Positions 1-9,928 of a stretch of DNA of 64,000 nt are shown here, one piece after another. Within the stretch, counting starts at the first letter, position 1, and the number at the start of each line of letters is the position of its first letter. The stretch comes from Klebsiella pneumoniae. Its GTDB lineage: Bacteria > Pseudomonadota > Gammaproteobacteria > Steroidobacterales > Steroidobacteraceae. Both the position numbers and the translations under genes were made by a program. Location of the stretch: assembly GCA_945873095.1 (NCBI GenBank), contig CAMCBU010000010.1, forward strand, positions 9,574 through 73,573, in the 5' to 3' direction. The notes below the pieces were generated by a model. That model saw nothing but the letters and a program-made list of their open reading frames with translations. It made no database searches and was not told the origin of the DNA.

Positions 1-2
1 TG

Positions 3-1211
3 ATCGCACTGGTTCGCGAGACGGTGGCTCGCGTGCGTGCCGAGGGCGATTCCGCGGTGCTCGACTATGCGCGACGCTTCGATGGTGGCGAGCCGCAATC
101 GTTGCGTGTGCCCCATGAAGATCTCGACGCGGCATTGCATGCACTGACACCGATCGAGCGAAACGCCCTGCAACGCGCTATCGACAACGTGCGGCGCTTC
201 CACGCGGCGCAGTTACCCACACCGCTATCGGTCGAGACTTCACCCGGTGTCCGCTGTGAACGCATCACCCGGCCGATCGACTCGGTGGGGCTATACGTGC
301 CGGGTGGCTCGGCCCCACTGCCTTCGGCGTTGATCATGTCAGCCGTGCCGTCCGAACTTGCCGGCTGTCCGCGGCGAATTCTTTGTACTCCAGCAGCGCG
401 CGGCAAGCCCATCCACCACTCGATACTCGCGACGGCACGCCTGCTCGGCATCACCGAGGTGTTCGCCGTCGGCGGCGCTCAAGCCATTGCCGCGATGGCC
501 TATGGCACCGAGTCGATTCCGAAGGTCGACAAGATCGTGGGGCCCGGTTCCGCCTGGGTCACTGCGGCCAAGCAAGTTGTCGCCGAGGATGCCGCAGGTG
601 CGGCGCTCGATCTGCCGGCTGGTCCCTCCGAGGTGCTCGTCATCGCCGATGAGGATGCCAACCCGCAGTTCGTCGCAGCAGACCTACTGGCACAAGCTGA
701 GCACGATCCCTTGTCGCAGGCGATTTTGCTCACCACCTGCCAAGCTTTGGCCACTGCGGTTCGCGCCAGCGCGCTGGCGCAATTGCCAAAGCTCTCACGC
801 CGCGACATTCTCGAGCACTCGCTGCAGCGCAGCCGGCTGATCGTCGTGAACGACCTGGCGACGGCGTTGCGTCTCTCGAACGAGTACGCGCCCGAACACC
901 TGATCTTGCAACTAAGCGACGCTCGTCAGCATCTGCCGACGATCACATCCGCAGGGTCCATTTTTTTGGGGGCATGGAGCCCAGAGTCGATGGGCGATTA
1001 CTGTTCGGGCACCAACCATGTGCTGCCGACCTACGGTTATGCCCGCGCGTACAGCGGTCTGTCGGTACAGGATTTCCTCAAACGCATCACCGTGCAGGAA
1101 TTGACACCCGCCGGGCTGCGCGACCTCGGGCCGACGGCTAGCGTGCTCGCCGGTATCGAGGGTCTCGATGCGCATGCGCTCGCTGTCGACCTGCGTTTGG
1201 CGGCGTTATGA
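3..1211 (+). CDS. hisD: histidinol dehydrogenase (5' end lies outside the window)
   Basis: The ORF runs open to the window edge. HisD-type motifs GPGSAWVTAAK and AQAEHD are present. Its stop overlaps the hisC start (ATGA at 1208), and it heads a canonical his gene order. Confidence 0.95.
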   Translation: MALVRETVARVRAEGDSAVLDYARRFDGGEPQSLRVPHEDLDAALHALTPIERNALQRAIDNVRRFHAAQLPTPLSVETSPGVRCERITRPIDSVGLYVPGGSAPLPSALIMSAVPSELAGCPRRILCTPAARGKPIHHSILATARLLGITEVFAVGGAQAIAAMAYGTESIPKVDKIVGPGSAWVTAAKQVVAEDAAGAALDLPAGPSEVLVIADEDANPQFVAADLLAQAEHDPLSQAILLTTCQALATAVRASALAQLPKLSRRDILEHSLQRSRLIVVNDLATALRLSNEYAPEHLILQLSDARQHLPTITSAGSIFLGAWSPESMGDYCSGTNHVLPTYGYARAYSGLSVQDFLKRITVQELTPAGLRDLGPTASVLAGIEGLDAHALAVDLRLAAL

Positions 1212-2284
1212 GCGCAAGCGAGATCGATGGCGTTCTGTCGCTCGCGCGCGCTGAGATCCGAGCGCTCAAAGCGTACGAGCACGCGCAGTGGCGACCGGAA
1301 CTCGAGCGTCTGCATGCCAACGAGTCGCCGTGGCCGCCGCTGTCATCCAGTGATGGTGTTGCGCGTCACTACTACCCCGAGCCGCAACCGGCCGAACTGG
1401 TTGCGGCGATGGCCGCCTATTACGGCGTTGCTGCTGACCAAGTGCTACTCGGGCGTGGCAGCGATGAAGGCATCGATCTCGTCACCCGAGCGTTTTGCCG
1501 CGCCGCGGAAGATTCGGTCATCGTCTGTCCGCCGACCTTTGGCATGTACGCCGTCGCCGCAGCGATTCAGGGCGCGCGCACCCTCTCGATCCCATTGCGA
1601 GAAAATTTTCAACTCGATGTGTCGGCGATCCTGACGGCCCTGCACGCGCCCAACACCAATACGCCAAAGTTGACTTGGCTGTGCTCGCCGAACAACCCGA
1701 CCGGTAATCGGCTCGAGCGAGCCGACATCCGGCAAGTCATCGAGGCTGCGCGTGGTCGATCTGTCGTGATCGTCGATGAGGCGTACGCCGAGTTCGACGC
1801 AGAGCCCTCCTGGATCGTATCTTTGGCTCAGTGCCCGCACCTCATCGTGCTTCGAACGCTCTCGAAGGCGCATGGTTTAGCTGGCCTGCGCATCGGCGCC
1901 GTCATCGCCCATCGTGAGGTGGTGCAGTTGCTGCGCAAGATCATCCCGCCCTATGCGCTACCTTGCGACAGTGCACGCTGGGGCATGATCGCCATGCAAC
2001 CGCCGGCACTGGCCGTCACTCGCGAGCGCATCGAGTGTCTGCGGCGCGAGCGCGAAAGAGTACGGGCCGCCTTGTCGAGCAGCCCACTCCTGACCCGCGT
2101 GTGGCCCAGCGAGGCCAACTTCCTGCTGGTCGACGCGCACGATGGCAGCATCGTGCTCGATCGCTTAGCCGCGGTCGGTCTGATCGTGCGCGATTTTCGC
2201 GGCAAGAGCGGTCTGGGTGAATCGATCCGAATCACCATCGGCACCCCAGAACAAAACGATCGCATCATCCGGAGTTTGTCATGA
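1208..2284 (+). CDS. hisC: histidinol-phosphate aminotransferase
   Basis: 358 aa class-II aminotransferase with the PLP-lysine context TLSKAHGLAGLRIG. It sits between hisD and hisB with 4-nt overlaps on both sides. Confidence 0.95.
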   Translation: MSASEIDGVLSLARAEIRALKAYEHAQWRPELERLHANESPWPPLSSSDGVARHYYPEPQPAELVAAMAAYYGVAADQVLLGRGSDEGIDLVTRAFCRAAEDSVIVCPPTFGMYAVAAAIQGARTLSIPLRENFQLDVSAILTALHAPNTNTPKLTWLCSPNNPTGNRLERADIRQVIEAARGRSVVIVDEAYAEFDAEPSWIVSLAQCPHLIVLRTLSKAHGLAGLRIGAVIAHREVVQLLRKIIPPYALPCDSARWGMIAMQPPALAVTRERIECLRRERERVRAALSSSPLLTRVWPSEANFLLVDAHDGSIVLDRLAAVGLIVRDFRGKSGLGESIRITIGTPEQNDRIIRSLS

Positions 2285-3342
2285 AGGTCTTGTTCGTCGA
2301 TCGCGACGGAACCTTGGTCGAGGAGCCATCGGACGAACAGGTGGACTCGCTCGAGAAGATCCGCTTTCTACCCGGCGTGTTCGCTGCCCTGCACGACTTG
2401 CAGACGGCCGGATTTCGCCTCGTCATGGTGACCAATCAGGATGGTCTCGGTACCGACTCCTTCCCAGCGGCGCACTTCGAACGGCCGCAACGATTCATCC
2501 TCGACGCGTTCGCCAGCCAAGGCATCACCTTCGATGCGATCTTCATCTGCCCGCACCACCCGTCGGCGGGCTGTGCTTGCCGTAAGCCGTCGACTCGGCT
2601 CGTCGATCAGTGGGTGCGCGATAATGCGGTCGATCTGCAACAGAGCGCGATGATCGGCGATCGGCAAACCGATCTCGATTTCGCCAGTAACCTCGGCGTC
2701 AAAGGCTTGAAGGTCCTCGCTCACGGCGAGGCGGCCTACCGTTGGCCCGCGATCGTGAAGGAACTCACGGCACGGCGCGCCACCATCCATCGCCAGACGC
2801 GTGAAACCGAGATTCGCGTCACGGTCGATCTCGATGCCGAGGGCCTGATCAGCGCGAAAACCGGCATCGGATTCTTTGATCACATGCTCGAGCAACTCGG
2901 CAAGCATGGCGGATTCGCACTCACACTGGAGTGCCACGGCGATCTGCATATCGACGAGCACCACACCATCGAAGATTGTGCGATCGCGCTCGGCGAGGCG
3001 TTGAAAACGGCGCTGGGCGATAAGCGCGGCATACACCGCTACGGCTTTCTGCTGCCGATGGATGAAGCGCGAGCGCAGGTTGCGATCGATTTGTCGGGTC
3101 GAGCCTATTCGGTATTCGAGGGACGCTTCACTCGCGAGCAGGTCGGGACGATGCCCACCGAACTCGTACCGCATTTCTTCCGCTCGCTCGCCGACAGCGT
3201 CGGCGCTGCGATTCACATCTCGGTCGTGGGTGACAACACGCACCACATGATTGAGGCCTGCTTCAAAGGGGTCGGTCGCGCCTTGCGCGCGGCGTTCCGA
3301 CGCGAAGGATTCGATCTGCCCTCGACCAAGGGCACGCTCTGA
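2281..3342 (+). CDS. hisB: bifunctional histidinol-phosphatase / imidazoleglycerol-phosphate dehydratase
   Basis: The N-terminus has the HAD motif LFVDRDGTL. The C-terminus has IGPD motifs IDEHHTIED and GDNTHHMIEACFK. 353 aa, as in the enteric/Xanthomonas fused HisB. Confidence 0.95.
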   Translation: MKVLFVDRDGTLVEEPSDEQVDSLEKIRFLPGVFAALHDLQTAGFRLVMVTNQDGLGTDSFPAAHFERPQRFILDAFASQGITFDAIFICPHHPSAGCACRKPSTRLVDQWVRDNAVDLQQSAMIGDRQTDLDFASNLGVKGLKVLAHGEAAYRWPAIVKELTARRATIHRQTRETEIRVTVDLDAEGLISAKTGIGFFDHMLEQLGKHGGFALTLECHGDLHIDEHHTIEDCAIALGEALKTALGDKRGIHRYGFLLPMDEARAQVAIDLSGRAYSVFEGRFTREQVGTMPTELVPHFFRSLADSVGAAIHISVVGDNTHHMIEACFKGVGRALRAAFRREGFDLPSTKGTL

Positions 3343-3350
3343 GCGCGAAT

Positions 3351-3944
3351 ATGAGCATCGTGATCATCGATTCGGGTGGGGCGAACCTGGCCTCTCTGCA
3401 ATTCGCCTTGCAGCGCCTCGGCGCGGCTGCCATCGTGAGTCTTGATGCCGATGTCATTGCGCAGGCGGATCGCGTGTTGCTTCCGGGCGTCGGCGCTGCT
3501 GGCGCGGCGATGCAGCGACTGCAATCGGCGGGGCTTGTACCGGTGTTGCGTGATTTGCGAAAGCCACTGCTCGGTATCTGCCTTGGCATGCAGTTATTGT
3601 TCGAACACTCCGCCGAGGACGAAACCGATACCCTCGGCTTGCTGGCGGGACGAGTCGAGCGTCTTCCGGCCTCGCCCGCATTGCCGGCACCGCACATGGG
3701 CTGGAATACGTTGACCGCACTGCGTACCGAACCACTGCTTGCAGGGCTGCAGCCAACCGATCGCTGCTATTTCGTACACGGTTACTTTGCCTCCGGGGCA
3801 CTTCCCGACGTCGTCGCCACGAGCGAATACGGTCAATCGATCGCGGCGGTGGTGCGACGCGGTCACATCGCCGGTGTGCAGTTCCATCCCGAGCGATCCG
3901 GTGCGGTCGGCGCGACGATCTTGCGCAACTTTCTGCACTCATAA
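3351..3944 (+). CDS. hisH: imidazole glycerol phosphate synthase, glutaminase subunit
   Basis: Class-I GATase motifs LLGICLGMQLL and VQFHPERS; operon position fits hisH. Confidence 0.95.
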   Translation: MSIVIIDSGGANLASLQFALQRLGAAAIVSLDADVIAQADRVLLPGVGAAGAAMQRLQSAGLVPVLRDLRKPLLGICLGMQLLFEHSAEDETDTLGLLAGRVERLPASPALPAPHMGWNTLTALRTEPLLAGLQPTDRCYFVHGYFASGALPDVVATSEYGQSIAAVVRRGHIAGVQFHPERSGAVGATILRNFLHS

Positions 3945-3973
3945 ATTTCTAAACTCATGAGCTTGTGCGCGAT

Positions 3974-4711
3974 ATGTTGTTGATTCCCTCCATCGATGTG
4001 CGTGGCGGTCACTGTGTGCGATTGTTCAAAGGTGACTTTTCGGCCGAGACGATCTACGCGCGATCGCCGCTCGAGGTGGCACAGGATTACGCCAATCGCG
4101 GGGCCCGTTGGCTCCACCTCGTGGACCTCGATGGCGCGCGCGACGGCGTGCTCACCAATCGTTCGGCGTTGACCGAGATGACCGCGGTCGAGGGCTTATC
4201 CGTCCAAGTGGGCGGCGGAATTCGCCAGCGCGCGAGCGTCGATGAGCTGCTCTCGCTCGGCGTTGCGCGCGTTGTGGTGGGAAGTGCCGCAGTAGAGCGA
4301 TCGGACGAGGTCGCCACGTGGTTACGCGAGTATGGCCCCGAGCGCGTATGCCTCGCCTTCGACGTTCGACTCGATCACGATGGGCGCGCGCATCTGCAAA
4401 CACGCGGCTGGCGCGAAGCGACCAGCGTGGGTCTGTTCGAGGCGGTTGAGCGTTTCGCCGAGCACGGGCTTCGGCATGTTCTGTGTACCGATATCGATCG
4501 CGACGGTGCCCTCGCGGGTCCCCACGTGGAGCTGTACCGACAATGCGTCACGCGTTTTCCGACGATCGCTTGGCAGGCATCAGGCGGTGTACGCGACAGC
4601 GCCGATCTGCAGGCGCTCGCGGCTGCCGGCGCCGCCGCCGCCATCAGCGGCAAGGCACTGCTTGAGGGCCGTATCGACGCGCCGCAGATGCGCCAATGGT
4701 TAAGAGGCTGA
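3974..4711 (+). CDS. hisA: ProFAR isomerase
   Basis: The ATG at 3974 gives [12 protein letters not shown]..., a typical HisA N-terminus. The GTG at 3965 in the ORF track is probably spurious. GGGIR motif present. Confidence 0.93.
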   Translation: MLLIPSIDVRGGHCVRLFKGDFSAETIYARSPLEVAQDYANRGARWLHLVDLDGARDGVLTNRSALTEMTAVEGLSVQVGGGIRQRASVDELLSLGVARVVVGSAAVERSDEVATWLREYGPERVCLAFDVRLDHDGRAHLQTRGWREATSVGLFEAVERFAEHGLRHVLCTDIDRDGALAGPHVELYRQCVTRFPTIAWQASGGVRDSADLQALAAAGAAAAISGKALLEGRIDAPQMRQWLRG

Positions 4712-4713
4712 GC

Positions 4714-5481
4714 ATGCTGGCGAAACGCATCATCCCGTGTCTGGACGTGCGTGACGGTCAAGTCGTCAAGGGAGTGCGATTTCGGGATCACCGCGTCGTC
4801 GGCGATATTCTCGAACTTGCCGGCCGGTATCGCGATGCCGGTGCCGATGAGCTCGTTTTCTACGATATCACCGCGAGCCCGGAGGGCCGCTCGGTCGATC
4901 GTGGCTGGGTCGAGCGCATCGCTCGGGTACTCGATATTCCCTTTTGCGTCGCCGGTGGCATTCGCAGTGTTGGCGATGCCGAAACCATTTTGAATGCCGG
5001 TGCCGAGAAGGTCTCGATCAACTCACCGGCACTCGAGAACCCCTCGCTCATTGACGCTTTGGCGCGTCGCTTCGGTTCCCAATGCGTGGTGGTTGGCATC
5101 GACAGCGAAACCACGTCGGAAGGCTATCGCGTCCATCGCTACACCGGTGATCCGAATCGCGCCGGTGACGCCGGGCGAGACACGCAGAGTTGGCTACAGG
5201 AGGTGCAGGATCGTGGCGCGGGCGAAATCGTGCTCAACTGCATGGCGAGCGATGGCGTTCGTCGTGGGTACGATCTGACTCAACTGCGGACGATACGCGC
5301 CGAGTGTCGCGTGCCCTTGGTTGCCTCGGGCGGCGCGGGTAGCATCGCGCACTTCGTCGATGTGTTCCGCCACGCTGGCGTCGACGCCGCACTGGCCGCG
5401 AGCGTCTTTCACAGCGGCGAGCTCGCGATTCCCGACTTGAAACAAGCGCTACGGCTTGCCGACATAGAGGTTCGGATATGA
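4714..5481 (+). CDS. hisF: imidazole glycerol phosphate synthase, cyclase subunit
   Basis: The ATG at 4714 gives [20 protein letters not shown], a near-textbook HisF N-terminus, preceded by AAGAGG. The upstream ATG at 4696 overlaps the hisA end. Confidence 0.95.
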   Translation: MLAKRIIPCLDVRDGQVVKGVRFRDHRVVGDILELAGRYRDAGADELVFYDITASPEGRSVDRGWVERIARVLDIPFCVAGGIRSVGDAETILNAGAEKVSINSPALENPSLIDALARRFGSQCVVVGIDSETTSEGYRVHRYTGDPNRAGDAGRDTQSWLQEVQDRGAGEIVLNCMASDGVRRGYDLTQLRTIRAECRVPLVASGGAGSIAHFVDVFRHAGVDAALAASVFHSGELAIPDLKQALRLADIEVRI

Positions 5482-6125
5482 CTTTGCATGCGAACAACAT
5501 CGACAGCCTCAAGTTCGATGCCGCCGGACTCATCACGACGGTGGTTCAGCACGCCCACAGCGGCGAGGTGTTGATGGTCGCGTGGATGAATCGTGAGTCG
5601 CTCGAGCGCACGTTCGAACGCCAGCGGCTCGTGTTCTGGAGTCGTAGCCGACGGCAGTTGTGGGAGAAAGGTGCAACCTCGGGGAATTTTTTGAGGCTCG
5701 TTGCGCTAACCGTCGATTGCGATCACGACAGCCTGCTCGCCCGCGTGGAACCGGCTGGCCCCGTCTGTCATACCGGCAGTGCGACGTGCTTTGGCGAGCC
5801 GGACGCCGGGGTCGGATTCCTCGCGCGCTTACAGCACATCATCGCCGAGCGCGCGAACGAGGCACCTGCATCGAGCTACACTGCCAAGCTGCTGGCAGCC
5901 GGCACGCAGCGCGTTGCGCAAAAGGTCGGTGAAGAGGGCGTGGAGCTCGCGCTGGCGGCGACCACCGACGATCGCAACAAGATCATCGACGAAGCCGCGG
6001 ATCTGCTTTACCACACCCTCGTATTGCTACGCGCCAAGGGCTTGGCGTTGGAAGATGTCACAGCCCGTCTCGCCGAGCGCCATCAGCGCAGCAACCACTC
6101 CGCCGCAGGCGAACGCAAGTTGTAG
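5478..6125 (+). CDS. hisI: bifunctional phosphoribosyl-AMP cyclohydrolase / phosphoribosyl-ATP pyrophosphatase
   Basis: 215 aa. The N-terminal half ([10 protein letters not shown]) is HisI-like and the C-terminal half (EEGVELALA...[10 protein letters not shown]) is HisE-like. ATGA overlap with hisF. Confidence 0.93.
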   Translation: MTLHANNIDSLKFDAAGLITTVVQHAHSGEVLMVAWMNRESLERTFERQRLVFWSRSRRQLWEKGATSGNFLRLVALTVDCDHDSLLARVEPAGPVCHTGSATCFGEPDAGVGFLARLQHIIAERANEAPASSYTAKLLAAGTQRVAQKVGEEGVELALAATTDDRNKIIDEAADLLYHTLVLLRAKGLALEDVTARLAERHQRSNHSAAGERKL

Positions 6126-8695
6126 TGCGAAGCCATTGAGGCGCCGTAAGCGCCAGCAGTTGCAACCAGCAGCACGTCACCCTCGACGGTGGTCGTCGGC
6201 AAAGCGCGATCATGGCCAAGCACATCGCCGGTCTCGCAAATGGGTCCGACGACATCAAAGATTCCGTCGGTGGTCTCGCCCAGTCGCGAGAGATTGACGA
6301 TATCGTGATGCGCGCCGTAAAGCGCCGGGCGAATCAGCGAGTTCATGCCCGTCGCAACACCCACGTAGCCCGCTGCACCCTTGGTCTTGGTTTGCGTGAC
6401 ATTGGCGAGCAACACGCCTGCCTCGGCGACGACATATCGCCCGGGCTCCATCCACCATTGAACACCCGCGCTCGAAAACTCACGTGCGAGCAGCGCCGCG
6501 TCGAGCCCTGCGATGTCGAATTGCGCCCCGCCCTGCCGATCCGGCACGCCGATCCCGCCGCCGAGATCGATCACGCGCACTTGCGGGAAGGTTTCCCGCA
6601 ACGCGAGCAACAACCGCGCGGTACGGATCCAGTTGTCGATGTCGTGCACGCCGCTGCCGGCATGCGCGTGCAAACCCACGACGGTCGCTCCCGCTGCTTT
6701 TGCCGCTGCCGCAAATCGGGGCGTATCGGCTTGTGCGACACCGAATTTCGAGTGGATGCCACCGGTGCGGACGTGCTGATGGTGCCCCCGCCCGCTACCC
6801 GGGTCGATCCGTACGAAGACGCTGCGCCCCTCGAACAACTCGGGCCAGTGCTCGAGCGGGTGCAGATTGTCGAGCGTGACCTGCACCCCGCGCGCTAACG
6901 CGGCGGCATACTCCTCGCGTGGCGCAAAGTTCGGCGTAAACAGCACCTCTTCCGCCTGCAGCGCGGGTATCGCCTCGAACGCGCGCTCGATCTCGCCGCT
7001 CGAGACGCACTCGATCTTCAGTCCGCAAGCGTGGATCACGCGGAGCAGTTCGGGGTTCGAGTTGGCTTTCATCGCGTACGAGACGCGCGAGAGCGATCTC
7101 ATGGAGCGCAGACGAGCGCAGCGTTGCTCGACCGTCGCAACGTCATAGACGTAGAGGCAATCGCGCCTGCGCATCAACTCGAGTAACGCCGCTCGACGCG
7201 TGTACCACCAAGGCTCGACGGTCTGTGCATGAGTCTCTCGGTCACTGCCGAACAGACGCTCCCAAGTCGGCCCGATGACGGCGTCATCGCGAACGGGTCG
7301 AATCAGCAATTCATGCAAACCCTCGACCAGACGATCTCCCTGATTCTCATCGACGACGAAGGTCAAGTTGAGATCATTGGCCGCTTGACTCACCAGATGA
7401 ATTCTTTGCTCGGCAAACAGCTCGAGTGCGCCGCCCAGTTGGTGCAGGATGCTGCGAATGTTGCGTCCGACCACGCTGACGGAGGCGCACGGTCCGATCA
7501 GATCCGCGCGACAGAGCGGCTTCAAGTCGGCCTGTAACTGCGCGAGCACCGCCGTATCGAGCGCATTGGCTTGCGGGTCTAGCGATACCGTCACGTTGGT
7601 CTCGGAAGTCGACACCAGATCGACCGAAAGCCCGTGCTTTTTGAAGATCTGGAACACATCGGCGAGAAAACCCACCTGATGCCACATCCCCGGACTGTCG
7701 AGGGAGACGAGCGTGATGCCCTTCTTCACACAGATCGCCTTGACTTGGGCCGCATCGCTGCCCGGCACGGACGTGATCCGCGTGCCGCGCAACTGCGGCA
7801 CTTGAGTGGCGTAAACCAACAGCGGAATACCGTACTGTCTGACCGGTAGCAAACAGCGCGGGTGCAGCACTTTAGCGCCGGCCGTCGCGATCTCCTGCGC
7901 CTCGTCGTAGGTGAGTTCCAATAGCTGACGAGCCGTCGGCATGGAGCGCGGATTCGCGCTGAACATCCCCGGGACATCGGTCCAGATCTCGAGCTGTTGC
8001 GCCTCGAGCAAGGCCGCAAAATAAGCGCCCGACGTGTCCGACCCGCCGCGACCGAGCAACACGGTATCACCGGCGGCGTCGCTGGCGATAAAGCCTTGCG
8101 TGATCACGATGTCACCGGCTGCGGCAACCTTGGTGGCCACCTCGGCGTTGGGTGCGAAGTCGCACGTCGCCGATAGGTAACTCGCTTTGACGCTCGCGGC
8201 CTCTCGTCGCTCCGCGCGCAGCACGCGGCGCGCATCGAGCCAGGCAGCCTCGACACCCACACTACGCAAGTAGCAGGCGCCGATCTCCGTCGCCAGCAAC
8301 TCGCCCATCGCCATGACGCGTGCACGTGACTTCTCGGTCACCTCACGAATCAATGCGATGCTGTCGATGAGGTGCGCCAACTCGGCAAACCACGGCTCGA
8401 GTGCACGCTCGACTTGCGGCGCGATGCCGAGTGCGAGGGCTAAGTCCGTATGGCGCTGACGCAGCTCGGCGAGCGGTTCGAGGTGTTCGCCCCGCAGCGC
8501 CGCCTCCAACAACTTCTCGAGCCGATCCGTGACGCCACTCAGGGCCGAATGAACGATCAGGACGCGTGCACCACCGCCGCGACGCTGTTGGACGATGTCG
8601 CCGATGTGCCGCCAATTGCCGAGCGAGGAGACGCTGGTGCCGCCGAACTTCAACACGACCCAAGGGAGCGAGGTGCCCATGGTTGAGCGCGACAT
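6083..8695 (-). CDS. bifunctional aspartate kinase / diaminopimelate decarboxylase (LysC-LysA fusion)
   Basis: N-terminal aspartokinase (VVLKFGGTSV) followed by a PLP decarboxylase half (YAMKANSNPELL, GGGIGVP, GPICETGD). This fusion is known from Xanthomonas-type genomes. Start chosen at ATG 8695 (MSRSTMG...), which overlaps the stop of the upstream small ORF. The longer ORF-track start at 8773 is possible. Confidence 0.9.
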   Translation of the reverse strand: MSRSTMGTSLPWVVLKFGGTSVSSLGNWRHIGDIVQQRRGGGARVLIVHSALSGVTDRLEKLLEAALRGEHLEPLAELRQRHTDLALALGIAPQVERALEPWFAELAHLIDSIALIREVTEKSRARVMAMGELLATEIGACYLRSVGVEAAWLDARRVLRAERREAASVKASYLSATCDFAPNAEVATKVAAAGDIVITQGFIASDAAGDTVLLGRGGSDTSGAYFAALLEAQQLEIWTDVPGMFSANPRSMPTARQLLELTYDEAQEIATAGAKVLHPRCLLPVRQYGIPLLVYATQVPQLRGTRITSVPGSDAAQVKAICVKKGITLVSLDSPGMWHQVGFLADVFQIFKKHGLSVDLVSTSETNVTVSLDPQANALDTAVLAQLQADLKPLCRADLIGPCASVSVVGRNIRSILHQLGGALELFAEQRIHLVSQAANDLNLTFVVDENQGDRLVEGLHELLIRPVRDDAVIGPTWERLFGSDRETHAQTVEPWWYTRRAALLELMRRRDCLYVYDVATVEQRCARLRSMRSLSRVSYAMKANSNPELLRVIHACGLKIECVSSGEIERAFEAIPALQAEEVLFTPNFAPREEYAAALARGVQVTLDNLHPLEHWPELFEGRSVFVRIDPGSGRGHHQHVRTGGIHSKFGVAQADTPRFAAAAKAAGATVVGLHAHAGSGVHDIDNWIRTARLLLALRETFPQVRVIDLGGGIGVPDRQGGAQFDIAGLDAALLAREFSSAGVQWWMEPGRYVVAEAGVLLANVTQTKTKGAAGYVGVATGMNSLIRPALYGAHHDIVNLSRLGETTDGIFDVVGPICETGDVLGHDRALPTTTVEGDVLLVATAGAYGASMASHYNLRSPAAEWLLR

Positions 8696-8925
8696 CAAAG
8701 TTCGTCGTCGTAAACTTCGCGTAGATCCTTGGCGAGCTTCTTGTCCGCCATGACTTCTTCGACCTTGCTCCAAGCCGCTTTGCCGCGTTTTCCGGCGACG
8801 GGTTTGGCACGACGCTCGACGCGGTCCAGAAACCGGTCATAGTCGTTGTTATCTTCCTGATTACTGACCTCGCCTAGCAGGTCTTCGTCGATTTCGAAGC
8901 TCTCGGTGTCGCGTTCGGACATCAT
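8695..8925 (-). CDS. small hypothetical protein (76 aa; acidic N-terminus, Lys/Arg-rich C-terminus), translationally coupled to the aspartokinase fusion
   Basis: ATG at 8925 (MMSERDTESFEIDEDLL...). Its TGA overlaps the ATG at 8695 of the next gene (ATGA). I do not recognise a family with confidence. Confidence 0.5.
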   Translation of the reverse strand: MMSERDTESFEIDEDLLGEVSNQEDNNDYDRFLDRVERRAKPVAGKRGKAAWSKVEEVMADKKLAKDLREVYDDEL

Positions 8926-9017
8926 CAATGCTCTCTTATCCTTAAAAATCAAGGAGTTAGAAACAACCTCCCCGGTCGGAGCCGAGCACTATAACGAAAC
9001 CACGTCCCGGTGCAAGT

Positions 9018-9818
9018 TCAGCGTTTGCCAACCGCGTCGCGCAATACAACCGGAGCACCTCGGGAGAGACCTAGCACGTCGCAGGCGCGGCCCTCGGCCA
9101 CCGCGATCTCGACCACGCCAAAAGAGTTGACCAGCGCAATCGGTTGTCCCGGCTGAACGTCACCGTAGGTGCGACGCAGCGGCAAAATCGACTGACCGAT
9201 ATGCACACGGGGCTCCACCCAGCGCTCGAGCAACGCCACGCCGATGTTGGTGAGCAGATTGCCGAAGTGATCGATCGTGATCACGACACCCGCGATGTGA
9301 CCGAGACCCACTTCCGGCTCATCGACCCACGCGGGGATCACCGCCGAGACGCGCTCGCCGATGGAATCGGCCGACCATCGCCCCGCCGCCAGCTCCGCTG
9401 CCACCGGCGCGAAGATATCGCGACCGTGAAAAGTCGAACTCGGCTTCGGCAAGCCGAGTGCTTGCAAACGCTCGTTGCGCAAACACCAGATGCGGGCTGT
9501 GCCGTCGTGCTCGACGATCGGTGCCAACAGCCCATTGTCCGGCGCGAGAAACCAGTGTTGGTGCGATTCGATCAAGACGATGTCCCTGGCCGTCCCGACG
9601 CCCGGGTCCACCACGGCCACGTGGACCGTGCCCGCAGGAAAATACGGGAACGAGCGACGCAACCAAAAGCCCGCCTCGGCGGGCCAGTGCGCTACGATCT
9701 CGTGGGTTAGATCCACGATCTTGGCCATGGGAAAGTGACTATAGATCCGCCCCTTCATCACGCCGACGAACGGATCCTTCAAACCAAAATCGGAGATCAG
9801 TGTGATGACGCCGCTCAT
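9018..9818 (-). CDS. SAM hydrolase / SAM-dependent halogenase family protein (DUF62, SAM hydroxide adenosyltransferase-like)
   Basis: The N-terminus MSGVITLISDFGLKDPFVGVMKG is typical of DUF62 proteins. Start taken at ATG 9818; GTG 9863 is an alternative. Confidence 0.8.
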   Translation of the reverse strand: MSGVITLISDFGLKDPFVGVMKGRIYSHFPMAKIVDLTHEIVAHWPAEAGFWLRRSFPYFPAGTVHVAVVDPGVGTARDIVLIESHQHWFLAPDNGLLAPIVEHDGTARIWCLRNERLQALGLPKPSSTFHGRDIFAPVAAELAAGRWSADSIGERVSAVIPAWVDEPEVGLGHIAGVVITIDHFGNLLTNIGVALLERWVEPRVHIGQSILPLRRTYGDVQPGQPIALVNSFGVVEIAVAEGRACDVLGLSRGAPVVLRDAVGKR

Positions 9819-9928
9819 GTTGAGACCGCTCTGCTGCACCGCTGTGTTCACGTGTATGGCCACTGGTCCATGTCCACTGGTCTAGATCCGCTGATCTGCA
9901 TCCATTGGCGTTACGTTATCATCCTCCC

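Noticed and set aside
8926-9017. Possible lysine riboswitch or attenuator, a weak sigma70 promoter (TTGCAC-N16-TATAGT, 8988-9015) and a weak hairpin plus T-run (8955-8975) upstream of the small-ORF/lysAC pair.
   Set aside because: The region is far too short for an L-box (about 180 nt) and no conserved L-box helices are evident. The promoter and hairpin matches are marginal.
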